In this document: one piece after another, positions 37,801 through 49,539 of the stretch
How positions within the stretch are numbered: the first letter of the stretch is position 1
Layout: the number at the start of each line of letters is the position of its first letter
Assembly (NCBI RefSeq): GCF_037042905.1
Contig: NC_087246.1
Coordinates: 68,200,001-68,264,000, forward strand
Length of the DNA stretch: 64,000 bases
Source: Lytechinus pictus
Lineage: Eukaryota
Direction of reading: 5' to 3'
Program-made: the position numbers and the translations under genes
Notes under the pieces: model-generated
Told to the model about the DNA's origin: nothing
The model's database searches: none
What the model saw: the letters and a program-made list of their open reading frames with translations, nothing else

Positions 37801-40800
37801 AATCACAGCTCGCTGTTTAACGTCCTTGTCTCTTTCGGTTCTATTACATGTATAAAGTGTTTTGCTCTAGCGTTCGGGTCATTCATACAATTTTACTCCG
37901 ATGAGTGCATGTCGAAAAGCTTCAGTATGTCCGTTTTTAAGCACTTAGAGACATTCTTTGTGATAAGCGCTATATAAATGTTAATTATTATTATTATTTA
38001 ACGCTACAGTTGTATTTTACAAGATATTTAATACATGTAAACTGGGTTCCAAAAGAAACTGATCAAACTTTACAATCTATGCACATGTGGTACTACAGAC
38101 TACTACCCAAGGATCATATGTACCAAGTATGAACTTAATTGATGCAGAAATAAAGAAATGAGGGCAAGTTGAACAAAAACAAAATAATGATGGACATGTC
38201 CTCATACATGTATCATTTGACCTTTTGACCCGTACAGCGTACACGTACATGTATGTAGATGACCTTTGACCCCATCGATGGTACGACACACATGTGGTAT
38301 TACCTACTGATAACATGTACCAAATATGGACTTAATTGATGCAGAAATAAAGAAATGAGAGCAAGTTGGAACAAAAACTAACATTTTGGAACAGACTGGA
38401 CAATGACTAACATACATATCAGCATGAGGGCTTTGAGGAGTAGGCCTATATCTTTTTTTGCACATGTTTTGCACTATTTTGGCTTCTCTAAAATGATGCG
38501 AAGGTGTTTGGTATATCTTCCGATCGCAAATTCAACAACCCGCAAAAGTGTCGGACCCCATGATTCTTAAAAATTATGTACACGAAATTAACAGCTCTTA
38601 CTATAGAATACTAGCTCTGAGAGACATGGCAATTTCACTATTTCACTTGGAGATGGGAGTAAAATCACATGGGATACTTATTATGAACAAAGGTGTTCTC
38701 AGCCTCTGGTTATCTGAAATCATACTTTCCCTATCTTGCCACAAAGAAGGGGCTTGTCACAGACTGGACAATGATGGATGCCTACAATAACTAATCTCCA
38801 CAGAAGTACTCTATGTTTATCAGTAAGAGCAAGCAGAACCATCATGTCCATTAATGTCTAATGACTAAAGCTCAGGGATGAACTCTAAACCTAGTACAAT
38901 GAATGAAGACAGCATGAAAAACTCAATGCTAGTCAACATTAATAGTAAAGGACAGAGACAAACACTCCTTCATTGAAGTCAAGAGAGGGATAGTTCAGAC
39001 CAAATGCCTTCCAGCTTAACATCATTGAACAAGCAACACAATTTCTTTTAAATGATATTTATAAGGTCTCCATATGTTTAAAATAAAAAAGTGATTAAAC
39101 TTATCAAAACTTTTGCACAATGTTGGATCATTTCAAGAAATGATTGCACTATGATCTCTGTTGGATGATTTCAGACTTAGTTCGGAGTGCCTATTAATAG
39201 TGCCCCCTGTAAGTTTAACAGTACATTGTTTTTTTTTAACACCTACTAAACTTCATGAACCTGGTCAAACCTACTTGGGGCTCGTAACACATAGGTTAGC
39301 GATTAATCGCTAAATGAATGGCTTATCAAGATCATCCTTGCATGCGCGTTTTGCCCTGTAGACTGACTAGGAACCAATCACAATTGTTCTTTCAAATTTG
39401 CGATTAACCGCTAATCTTTGTGTTACGGAGCCCAGGAGGAAGTAACATAATTAATATCCATATTGAATTTTCTTTTATTTATTCATTATAATAATAATAA
39501 TACCGCTGGGAAAACAGTTTTCAGAACTGAAGTGGCTTCCCTGGGTAAATATATACCTAAGATCTTATTATTATTTTCATTATGATCAACTTGATTATAA
39601 CCAATTGTATAATCCTTTGTATACACTGCACATTACCCAGATCATATTATACCTGTCCATCTTCTTCATCTTCCTCCTCCTCTTCCTCTATCTCCTCCCC
39701 ATCCAAGATATCTTCAAGGTTGTCACGAGTTTCTCTCTGATCTTTGGCAGCCAGGGCACCTAGTAATAAAATAAAAGTAACAGTTGTCTATGTTTTGGTT
39801 CAAGATACATCAAGTTTATATTTCTTCTCGGAGAACGGGAGTCTATAACAAAAGGTATATGAAATATACTTTAACTCATTACCACCTCAAAACACTTTAA
39901 ATCATGTCCAGACAAAAAAAGACCCCTATAAATTTTGAGATGAACAACAACTTTCCATTCCGATATTTTCGCCGATATCAATTTTCGGTATTGGTGTGCC
40001 CTGCTGATTAAAACAGCATTTCATTGAACTTCGCAGATTGGTAATGAAACTTGACTTTGAATCATAGCGCATGTGAAAATCAAAACATCACATGCAAATT
40101 TGGCCACCACCGAATCGGCAGGTTTCTGACACGCATAAGAAAAATCCTGGCGAGAACGCTGGTCGACTCATCACTGAGAAAACTTCATAAAGTTTGATAC
40201 AAAATTATGCAAATTGCACCTAGAATATGCATTTATTTGCATATTCAAGGTAAATGTAAATCAAACAGTTTTAAAATGTAGAGAATCCCATAAACTTCAA
40301 AACGAATGGTCATGACATAGGTCTACACATGTTATCAGTAGTAGAGTAAAGTCCCCAAACATCGGACAATTCCAAATATCGGACGAAAATGACGACTCTC
40401 TCCTCATAACTACAGGGACCCGCACTGGCAGGGGACTTGCATGCATAAGATACATGAACATACCTGCCATGCGATTACTGCACACACAATTTTTTTAATT
40501 CTTTTTTATTTCGCCAAGACGCATATCGCGATATGCGTGGTGTCATCTTGGCGAAATACAAAGAGATCAAGATGGTGACGTAAACACGGTGGCAAGTTAT
40601 TCCCGTCTTTTCATATTTTTCTTGTTATTTTAATGAATTCTTGTTTAAAAATGAAATTGATAGTGTTGAAATGTCGGAAATGGAGTTGTATCCCATTTAC
40701 ATGATGATTTAGGGCTAGATCTTTCAGAAGTGAAGTAGAAATCTTGGGGGCAAAAACTCCTGTTTCTTGGGCGGTACACGTACATGAATGGGAAGGAATC

Positions 40801-43800
40801 CCTGGCTCTGTGGGGTGCATATGAAACTCTTGCCTTATTGCACCCATGGGTGCATTACTGTTGCCGTGTACAGGAAAAATGAAGGCACGGCGCATGCAAA
40901 ATTGCAGCTAACTCCCGCGAATTTTAGAAGAGGATTTATAAAATCAAGTCCTACGAAATTTACCGAACGATGTGAAGTCAATTCCCCCTAATATGATAAA
41001 AATTTCCCTCAAATAGCGACATTTAAGCGTTGATTTTTCTTCTCATTGACAAAATACGGAGCAAGCTTGATATTTCCCAAATTTTTCGTCTAATGAGCTA
41101 AAGAGGACGCGCGATTTATCTTCATATAAAAGACTAGGCTCAAAAACTATTTTACTTGTAAATCGATGCAAAGCGCAGGGCGCGACAAACCCGCTTGCCC
41201 GGGGCAAGTGAAAATTGAATGTTCCTCACACATATAAATAATTTGCTGCCGTATTGCATGCGATATGCGCGAGGTACCGGGTCTGGTCCGAGCTCAGACC
41301 CTCGAGCGCGCATGCATGTTTTGAAATTGGCAGCGAATTATTTATACGTGTGAGGAAGAACTTCATGTTGGCTCTAAATCACCAATTTTTAGACTGATAG
41401 AAGCATGGAAAAGTGAAACTTGGTGTAAAGTAAGAATATTAGTTTTAATTGATTTTAAAGATCGTGATGTTGCATGAATTTTATATTTTTCCCCCATAAA
41501 ATCCCACCTTTCTCATTCGGAATATCAGATAAAACTAAAAGTTCACGGTCTCGAAGTTCAGGTAGGTGGAGCGTACAGTAGCGGTAGTGAAATGGAGTGG
41601 AGCCTGCACGAACTTCGCTCGAGGTATTTTTTTATATGCTTTTTACATAACAAATATTTGTAAAATTGAAATAGAACGCTTTTCACCAGAAAAAGCCCTG
41701 GTGAGTAGCGGAATGAGTTTCGGCTAACAATATTCGCGTCATGAAGCGATGTTAACTGACAACTCTAAAATCCGTAGCGTAAACATGTATGTGGTGCGAG
41801 GTTAGTACCTAGCATATTACTATTACTAACCTCGCAATAAGTGTGAGTGGTGACGGCCTCATTTACAGTGCAGCCTTTCTCATCAAAATCCCTAGGCTAT
41901 GGCGGAGCCGAGTCTGGCTTAGACAGCTGGCAGCCGTCTGTTTCGAGGAGTTTTTTAACATTTTTAATTTTTTTTAATTTCTCCTCGTACACAGACGGCT
42001 CGCTATCGTGCAGCCACCATTAGGCACTCCTAGTACCAATGAGGTCCAAACATTACATGTATGGACCTCATAGGCGACATCAGTGATAAAACCGGTTAGA
42101 CATTGCCGTTTCTATTTGCACCCAAGAACTTTGGCAAATGTACGCCTTAATACATAGTGGATGGTAACAATTTAGGTATTAATTAGTTTTAAACATGATA
42201 AGGAAACTTCTACGACATTTGAAATTTAATGGATTGAGGTTAAACTTACATTTTCAGTCTTTTTTCTTGAATTCTTGGTGAGCGTTCCAAACGCTGTGGG
42301 GACTGATCAACTACGATGTGATTCACGTACTGGTCAGCTGATCGGTCAGGTGATCGGTTGGTTATCTTTTTGTCAGACGTTCATAATTTATATTACAATA
42401 TATCAATCTTCAGTATCTTGATTTCAAGCATCAGTATTGCAGGGAAAAGTCATTATCGATTGGAATCAATGGCAGATCGGGGGGGGGGGGGTTGAGCATT
42501 TCTGGCCCGTTCCACCTTTTGAGATTCATAGTCAATATTTTGGATGTAAAAAAAAAATGTCGTTCGTACAAAGTTAAGTCCCCCCCCCCCCACCTCCTTA
42601 TGAGAATCACAGCAATATTTGTAATGGGGATATTTTGTTCATATTCTTTGCTCTTTTTTGGTTTTTTCTTTTTTGCTTCCCAAATTTATTTTACTTTGAA
42701 CATATGACTTTCTATATTTAATGACAAACTTTTTTAGGGGGGTGGGGGCTTGCCAAATATAACGCGCGACAAGATGACCTTCTTTTTTTAGTGACAACTT
42801 TTTTTTTATTTGTCAAATTTTACGAGAGACAAAATGACCTTCGATCATTATTAATTAAACCTTTTTTTTGGAGGGTAGGGGGCTCGCCAAATAGTGACAC
42901 ACTTTTTTTTGTAAAATGTTATGCAAGAAAAAATGATCTTCAATCATTATCAGCTACCTTTCATTTTTTTTAGGGGGGGGGGGGGCTTGTCAAATTTTAC
43001 GTGGGACAAATGACCTTCATTTTTTAGTGATTTTTTTTTTATACTTGACAAATTTTAAGAGGAACAAAATGGCCTTCAATCATTTTTAGTTAAAACCTTT
43101 TTTTGGGAGGGGGGCTTGCCAAATATTTCACAAACAAAATGAACTTCAATTTTAGTGACCATCTTTTTATTACTTTTAAAATTTCACGCAGGACAAAATG
43201 ACCTTCACTTTTTTTTAATGTTATGTTATATCGAGATTTTTTACCTGACTGCTAAAAAAGCACGAATGCCTGTGAGCAAGCAACCAGGGGACCAACGGCT
43301 TAAGGTCCTCTCCGAGGGACCTGGTAATGAGGATAAGCCTTAAGGGCACTAGCGCACCACTTGGGAATCGAACCCGGGTCACCGGAATCCGAAACCCCTG
43401 CTCTACCGACTGAGCCATCGCGCCTCCGATATGTTAAACTTGGGGGGGGGGGAGTCTTGCCAAATATTACACGGACAAAATGAGTCTTTTATTTTTAGTA
43501 TAACCATCTTTTCTTTTTACTTGTCAAATCTTACGCGAGACAAAATGACAATTTTTCTGTGATAACCTTTTTGGGGGGGGTTGTCAAATGAAAAAGGTCT
43601 TCAATCGTACCAGAAAAAATTTGACAAGCAAAAAAAAAGTCTTCAAGCTCGCCAGGGGGGGCAAAATAGGTATTCAAGCTCGTCGGGGGGGGGGGGGGGC
43701 AAAATAGGTTTTCAAGCTCGTCAGGGGGGCCGGGGGGCAGAGATATGTAATTTGCATGGGTTTGTGACTCATCGGGGGGGGGGGGGGGCAGACTGCCCCC

Positions 43801-45214
43801 CCCCCCCTAGGTACGCTAGTGCTCGGGACTTACATTACGTAACTTTTATCTTCCACATGCGACATGTACTATGCCCCCTCTTATATACCCCATATGCCCC
43901 TGCACAGACTCGTCTACATTGATTTCGATATTTAAGCGTCATTATAAAATTATAGCAAAAAGAACGCCTTGATTAAAGGCCATTACCCCTAGAGACTCGC
44001 GAGCGTCATGTGACAACTCGCCCTGGATTTGCACGTACAGGATCCTATGGCGACAAAATCCATCGCAAGAGTTGGCCAGAAGAGGCGATGAAAACACAAA
44101 ATTTGGAAAGAAAAGAACCCGTGAGTACCCGTTTTACATTATAATTATGAAATTAGTATATAATTGATAACATAGACCTAAATTTAGGCCGTAATTTTGA
44201 TTAATTTGCTGGAAATTCAAGGCCAAAACGTACCCGTCTGGCGTCGACTTTTCCAACACGCGTTGGAATAGCGGTGTAGCCCCAGAGTGCCATTAGGGGA
44301 CTTGCAATGCAAAATCCCCCCGTCGGGGCTCTTCAATTTTTGTCTTTAATGAATAAACTTTTTGAAAATTAACACGACCAAAATGCAAATTAATATTCCC
44401 TCTTGGCATTAATTGCCAAAAAACAGAGAAAAATCAAGTTAAAAGGAACAAAAACAGTGACTTACCTCGGCTGTCGCGCAAATTCACTTCCCGTTTTATC
44501 CGCTCTTAAGTACATAAACATATGGCCATTGAGTCCCCTGTACAGATCGCGCTAGAACTTCGGTCTCTGTATTTGGTGAGTGAAGCCAACGGAGTTCAGC
44601 TGAACAACCAACATAACAGAGACTGAAGCTTTTGGTCTAAGTCTGGCTATGCATCGCGTCGCGTGCAGAAGAGTGTATGGGTGCGCAGACAAGGGGCACC
44701 ATTTTTTGTTCAATCTGAAAATAACTGCCCAAGGTTTTTTCCGAGAAAATCATATATCTCGTTCAAATTTTCATGAGATATTTTAGATCTAGATTTAACT
44801 CATAGTCATAATCATCATGATCAATGATGACTATTAATTAATTGAGGAACATATCAACTGTAATTTTAAACAGTGTAGGCCCTAAAACTTTGTGAAATAA
44901 AAAGAAATTTGTGTCAATCTTAACTCAAATTGTAGGTGAGCAGACTTGGGGACCGCCATCAAAAATTTGAATTAGATCTAGTCTAGGCCTAGATTAGATT
45001 TGGGGAGATTCTGTTCTAATCTAACTTAACTAAGTCTAAGTTACTAACGTTAGCACTAGCAGACATGCAGTTGCAATATGTTGATCATTCGTGAATCCTG
45101 AATCCATAACTTTAGTTTCGATCATTATTCCTTACCATTATTGCTTGTGAACAGCAGTGTGGATGGGAGAACCAGCAAAAGTAAAAGTAGAAATCTTGAA
45201 AGCATCCTCATCAT
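28808..45214 (-). CDS. SSR1: Translocon-associated protein alpha (TRAP-alpha), complete, 307 aa: join(45214-45136, 39759-39653, 37707-37560, 35876-35749, 34604-34473, 33664-33585, 32326-32248, 30056-29957, 28878-28808)
   Basis: Signal peptide MMRMLSRFLLLLLLVLPSTLLF, acidic N-terminus, ASPDADTT, VLVGFTN...SLRYPQDFSFY, EATFEYSF, DAVFNDT, TM FFLYVFLAALIVLAFVVI, VETGTS..DVDYDWIP, basic tail ...RRTKRSTGSGDE*. All 8 introns are GT-AG with compatible phases; exon lengths sum to 924 nt. Confidence 0.96.
29957..30056 (-). CDS. SSR1: SSR1 exon 8
   Basis: KKKKPSKQVVETGTSNHTDVDYDWIPKENIAVT; donor |GTAAGA. Confidence 0.95.
30273..31225. mobile_element. Helentron/DINE-like element with ~163-bp internal tandem repeats
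   Basis: ATGTTCAGT recurs at 30366, 30529, 30691, 30854, 31046; subterminal IR GTCTCACCTGCA/TGCAGGTGAGAC. Related GACCTTTGACC-rich fragments at 31226-31792 and ~38080-38400. Confidence 0.72.
32248..32326 (-). CDS. SSR1: SSR1 exon 7 (transmembrane helix)
   Basis: FFLYVFLAALIVLAFVVIQQIMASFG; CAG| and |GTAAGT. Confidence 0.95.
32495..32694 (-). ncRNA. Candidate ~200-nt box C/D-like RNA (SSR1 intron 6)
   Basis: GTAATGA (6/7 box C), ~110-nt imperfect hairpin, C' ATGATTA, short hairpin TTTCAA/TTGAAA, guide CCTACCTATTCTATATC, D box CTGA (32503-32500). Confidence 0.5.
33585..33664 (-). CDS. SSR1: SSR1 exon 6
   Basis: EGNLFSDAVFNDTVSLIELDEGLDTET; CAG| and |GTAAGT. Confidence 0.95.
33968..34305 (-). 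ncRNA. Long (338 nt) intronic box C/D sno/scaRNA, copy A (SSR1 intron 5)
   Basis: Terminal stem TGTTC/GAACA; box C ATGATGT (34299-34293); D' CTGA; 15-bp stem closing a long insert; C' ATGATTT; D CTGA (33976-33973). Sense to host; duplicated at 38694-39031. Confidence 0.8.
34473..34604 (-). CDS. SSR1: SSR1 exon 5
   Basis: FTEKEYNTVVEPNKEATFEYSFQAGEVFAARQFGFVVELAYKDS; donor |GTAAGT. Confidence 0.95.
35129..35720. mobile_element. TTAA-flanked non-autonomous DNA transposon
   Basis: TTAAAGGAAAATGAAAC...GTTTCATTCTCCTTTAA with long subterminal inverted repeats. Confidence 0.8.
35749..35876 (-). CDS. SSR1: SSR1 exon 4
   Basis: IPVTIPLQVLVGFTNNGQLDFTIDSLHASLRYPQDFSFYMYN; donor |GTAAGT. Confidence 0.95.
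36144..36596. mobile_element. MITE (PIF/Harbinger-like)
   Basis: TIRs TACCGTGTTTACACTTAATCGGCA / TGCCGATTAAGTGTAAACACGGTA; internal palindromic GCTCGCGGTTCTGAACCGCGAGC repeats. Confidence 0.8.
36908..37518. mobile_element. TTAA-flanked non-autonomous DNA transposon
   Basis: TTAAAGGGATGGTCC...GGACCATCCCTTCAA, long TIRs; degenerate relative at ~60419-60990. Confidence 0.8.
37560..37707 (-). CDS. SSR1: SSR1 exon 3
   Basis: VETEED...PPLKASPDADTTFLF; donor G|GTAAGA. Confidence 0.93.
38694..39031 (-). ncRNA. Long (338 nt) intronic box C/D sno/scaRNA, copy B (SSR1 intron 2)
   Basis: Same as copy A except 3 substitutions and no indels; identity decays just outside the terminal stem. Confidence 0.8.
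39278..39433. mobile_element. Short MITE
   Basis: GGGCTCGTAACACATAGGTTAGCGATTAATCGC / GCGATTAACCGCTAATCTTTGTGTTACGGAGCCC. Confidence 0.7.
39653..39759 (-). CDS. SSR1: SSR1 exon 2 (acidic)
   Basis: ALAAKDQRETRDNLEDILDGEEIEEEEEEDEEDGQ; TAG| and |GTATAA. Confidence 0.9.
43235..43428 (-). mobile_element. tRNA-derived SINE (5' part)
   Basis: GGCGCGATGGCTCAGTCGGTAGAGC...CCGGGTTCGATTCCC followed by GTGCCCTTAAGG body; no acceptor-stem closure. Confidence 0.75.
45136..45214 (-). CDS. SSR1: SSR1 exon 1 (signal peptide)
   Basis: 79 nt, hydrophobic leader, donor G|GTAAGG. Confidence 0.92.
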
Positions 45215-45398
45215 GACGCCTTTTCTAGCTTGACCTCGAAATAAGGAGGATGAAGAGAGATTTGGGGAGATAACTTCACCGTCGCCAAATTTTCCAAGCG
45301 ATGGTGGGTTCAAAAGGTAGATTTACACATGTTTCGCTGCTACTTCTTTCGATTTTAGCTCATATTTAATGCATTGTTGGCACACAGGTCGAATGTGT

Positions 45399-45510
45399 AC
45401 GTGGCAAATCGCGAACGATAGATATGCGTACAAACGGCGGCAACAAAGGAAGCAGCGAAATTATTCTCACTTCAAGCAAGCAAACTAATAACAACATGAA
45501 AGTGACACGT
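45399..45510 (-). promoter_or_regulatory. SSR1 proximal promoter with XBP1/CREB3-type ACGT motifs
   Basis: TGCCACGT (minus, 45399-45406) and TGACACGT (plus, 45503-45510), ~185-295 bp upstream of the ATG in a CpG-richer region. Confidence 0.45.
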
Positions 45511-48500
45511 AAATTTTCCCTTTCTTGAGAATAAGTTTTGGGGTTTGTTCCTCCCATGGCGTCGGGAAGCGGGGGTGCTGGCCTGCTGGGGGTGCTGAAG
45601 CATCCCCAAAAATTTCCTTGGGGGTACTGCGTGTGTAAGGGCCTATATGCAGCATCCCCAGGTATTCTGGAAGATGTGCAAAAATTGAGAAATGACCTCA
45701 GTTCATTTTGTAGTGAAACCCCTTTCTTATAAGTTTTCAAATTTCTCTGGACCAATTTGATATCCATCATTTTGTAGTGAAAACCTTTTTTTCTTCTTCT
45801 TCTTCCTTTTTGCTTTTGAAATTTCTCGGGACCAATTTGAATTCCATTTTCAACTGAAAACCTCTCTCTCTTTTTTTTTTATTCACAGCATCAGCTCCGT
45901 CCCTCGATCAGTCAAAAAATCATTCCCATGGCTGCAGGCCCCGTAGGATTTTTTTTCGGCTGGGTTCTGAATTATCAAAAGTGGACCTTTTCTAGTTTAT
46001 GGTCACGCCCGTACCTATGTCCAGTCAGTTAATTCAAGGGGCGGATCCAGCTTTCCCAACTAGGAGGAGGCGAATTTTCCCCGGCCCATCGGCCGCTTCT
46101 TCTTCTTTGGTTTGGCTGGCAACCAGTCAAAAAATCACATTTTTGCCATTGCTTTTTGGAGCTTTTTGTTTTCCTTGGAAGGAATAATTGCTACGGGTAA
46201 TTGCTTCTTTCCCGGCTTCATTTTTTTCTGTTCTATTTTATTTTATTTTCCTCTTTTCCTTTTTTTCTCCTTTTCTTTCTCCCCCCCCCTTAGTTTTTTT
46301 TCTTTTCTGTTCTTTCTTTTTTCTTTGTGTTGTTTTTCTTTCCTTTTTTCTTTACCCGATCGATCTTTTCTTTTCTTTTCCTTTTCTTTTCTTTTCTTGT
46401 TCTTTCTTTTTAATATTCTTTTTCTTCAGTTTCTTTTATTTTTCTTTCTCTTGAATTTCAAATAGCCGCATATTTCTTTTTTCAACAAGATAAGGCGAGG
46501 TTCTGTTGTTCAGGGAACACTCCACCTTGGCTATTTACGGGCCAGCTATAGCAGAGGCGGCGGGACGTATTTTCGTTTGGTGGGCAAAGCCAAAAAAAAG
46601 GGCATTTAGGCCTATATGTCAAAATTGGCGTTTTGGTGCAAACGGATATTTTTCACCATGATCATCTGCGTGAAGTAGTTGTGTGTTTTGTAATAATTAA
46701 GTTGAGCAAAGCCTTTTTGAAGTGATTTCTGGTTTAGGCATTATTTTTTCCCGCAAGCGAGCATATAGCGAGCGAGCGGTGTGGAAAGTTTTTAAATCTG
46801 AAGTTTTGAAACTCTTTTTGGTCAACTATGGCGCTAATTCCTAGCGAGATGTTGCGAGCTCGAATCACAAGCTCAATTTTTTGGACATTTCATTTGATGA
46901 GACACGAAAATTAAACATTCCACGCAGTTTTTGTTTTCATGAAAAAGCATATGGAAAACTAGCGGACAGAAGGTCCTCGCTGCACGCGCGCACCCTTATA
47001 ACACGCAGAATTCCCTTGCATTATACCCTTTTTTCACAAACAAATGTGTATCAAGTACAAGCGTTGATTCAGATAGAATTTCCGCCCCCCTGAAATGAAT
47101 GGTAACAACTTCTTCTATCAGATGACCATATTTTTTTTTACATTCAATTGGTGGGAAATATGGCACTTTATTACATTAAAATCACTAGAAACCATCCATA
47201 GTCAGGAATATGTATTGGGATAATGGGTTTGGGGGACATTTTTATAGTACTTACCCGGGTGGATTATATCCGTCGTCACATCGGTGGGTGGTGGTATCAT
47301 GAATTTCCGCCTAGATTACAATAAAGAGCACATTGTAAGGCAAATATTCATGAAAGAACCATGGAGATTGGTTAATAAGGAAATAGGGCACTTTTATCAT
47401 CAAATCAGAGGAGATTTTCTTTGTGATAGTGATGTCCGAAGAGCAAACCTACACTCGTGACGGGTCCATTATGTATACCAGGGGTGCATTCTAGCTTACC
47501 ACTGCATAGCTAAGTCTGAAAATTAAGTTTTGCTTATTTCTTTCATTTTATAATGATGTTTAAATGTTCAAACAACGATAATTTATGAAAATTGACTCAA
47601 AATATTGCGAATCAACGCTGAAACATTATCTGTGTATACATTTTATCCCTCTGTAATGCTATTTCCCCCATAAAGCCGCAATGGAACATTCCGCACCACT
47701 AGTCATACGATGATCGCGAGGTCTGCAAACGTCGTCTGCTATTTTTTTACATGTCCGGTACACTGCATACAAGTTTTCGATATGTGTGTATCGAACTAAA
47801 GAATTGACGCGAGCGCGAAGCGCGAGCTGAAATTTTTGATATGCTGACCAGAAAAGGGATCTGATTGATCTGCATTTAGTGGCTGATATAGGATACGCAT
47901 CTCACCAATCGATAATGCGAGCGCGAAGCTCGAGCTGAAAATTTGTGATATTCCATTTCAATTAATAGATCTATGTATAATAATATGAAAATTATGAAAA
48001 ATGTATATGAAAACAATATTAATAAGCCTATAATGTTAAACCAGCTTATGACCCTGCATGCTTTGTGTCGTGATTTAATAAAAATTTCTCTTTCAACGAT
48101 CTGTTAAACAGACAAAAGGAACAGATCTCCCTGGTTGAAAATGATAAAAATATTGGTGAATTAAGACTTGACGCAATATGCCTACATCAAAGAATAAAAG
48201 AAATGTGATATTGTACAGTTCTTATAAGAACCCGCGACGTCAACAGCGATATGCCATGTTAATCCCAGTTTAATATTTCTCGTTCAGGACGAATTATAAA
48301 ATACTTAACTTCCCTTAATTGCTATGAAATTGTTATTTTAAATGAGTCGTATTACTTTTGTCATGTACCTATTTCTCACAATAAAACCAGAATTCAAATA
48401 TTTAATGAATGAGCAGGTAATACCAAAGAAGACCTAAGATGGATTTTTTTAAATAACATGTTGAATTCATGATTAATATGATAAGATCGAGCCGCTCGTA

Positions 48501-49539
48501 TGAATTTAAAAAGATAAAAGCCTTAAAAATCCGTTATCGTTGGACAGGTTTTCGCCAGATCGACCTCTATAATTTTTGCCATTATTACCCAATTTGAGGT
48601 ATACCAACTTTGATCAAGTCACTATAGGCCTGAGCACTTTTTTTTAAGTTTAGGTAGTCAGTTTACTTGAATTTATATATCAAGTTAATTCAGTTGAGAA
48701 AAAATATAGGTCAAGTCCATTCCATAATTTTTTTTGTATTGAGTAGTTTTTATTGACAACTTCAATTCATATACAAAATAAAATATATATAACAAATAGA
48801 AGTTTGATGTCTTTACAAATTGATAAAGACCTTGACAACTTATAAATTTAATATAATTTTTTTCTTGAATGTTACAATAGCACACAATGTCAGACATCTT
48901 CTAATACATAATTATAAATAACATTGATAATAATAATATGCATTAAGAATAAACTTCTACAATAAATTCAACATATTGATTTTTTTCAGTGTCAAATAAA
49001 AACACAGAGAAGAGATTTTCCAAATACACAAAAATGAATCATTAATAAAACCTAACGAATTGAAGCCATCAGCATATTTTTTTTTAAACCCATCGCCTCG
49101 GCCTCTCACTCAAATAAAATCAATCTCAATAACAAACTCAGCCCTGGACCGTACCCCCCCCCCCCCCCGACCCTCCCTAAAACACCCCCATCCCCTATCC
49201 GGTGGAGAACTGGCTCTGGGCTCCAATAAATGGTCTAATATTTAAGTTTTCCCATTTAGAGAAATGGATTGTAAGAGTCCCCCTCTTTGTTGCTAAATTC
49301 TTTTCTTCTCTTTGATCCCCCTAATACTATTTTTTATTTCATTCAATGAAGGAGGTTTTTCAATTCTCGGTTTTTGTAAATAAGATATTTAACTAAAATC
49401 AAGACATGATTAATTAATTGATATTTACCGTTACTTTTCTCCTGCTTCCCGAAAAGAATTTCCTGCCAACTAAATTTATTTATTTTAAAATTTAAACTTC
49501 TGCACACAGATCCCAAAGTGATTTTGAAAATTCACAAGT

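Noticed and set aside
20090-43428. tRNA genes at ~20090 and ~43428
   Set aside because: A/B boxes are present but there is no full cloverleaf, and both continue into SINE bodies.
44047-44130. Plus-strand ATGGCGACA... with GTGAGT donor, suggesting an antisense gene
   Set aside because: Stops after 12 codons and lies within an apparent inverted-repeat element (~44035-44543).
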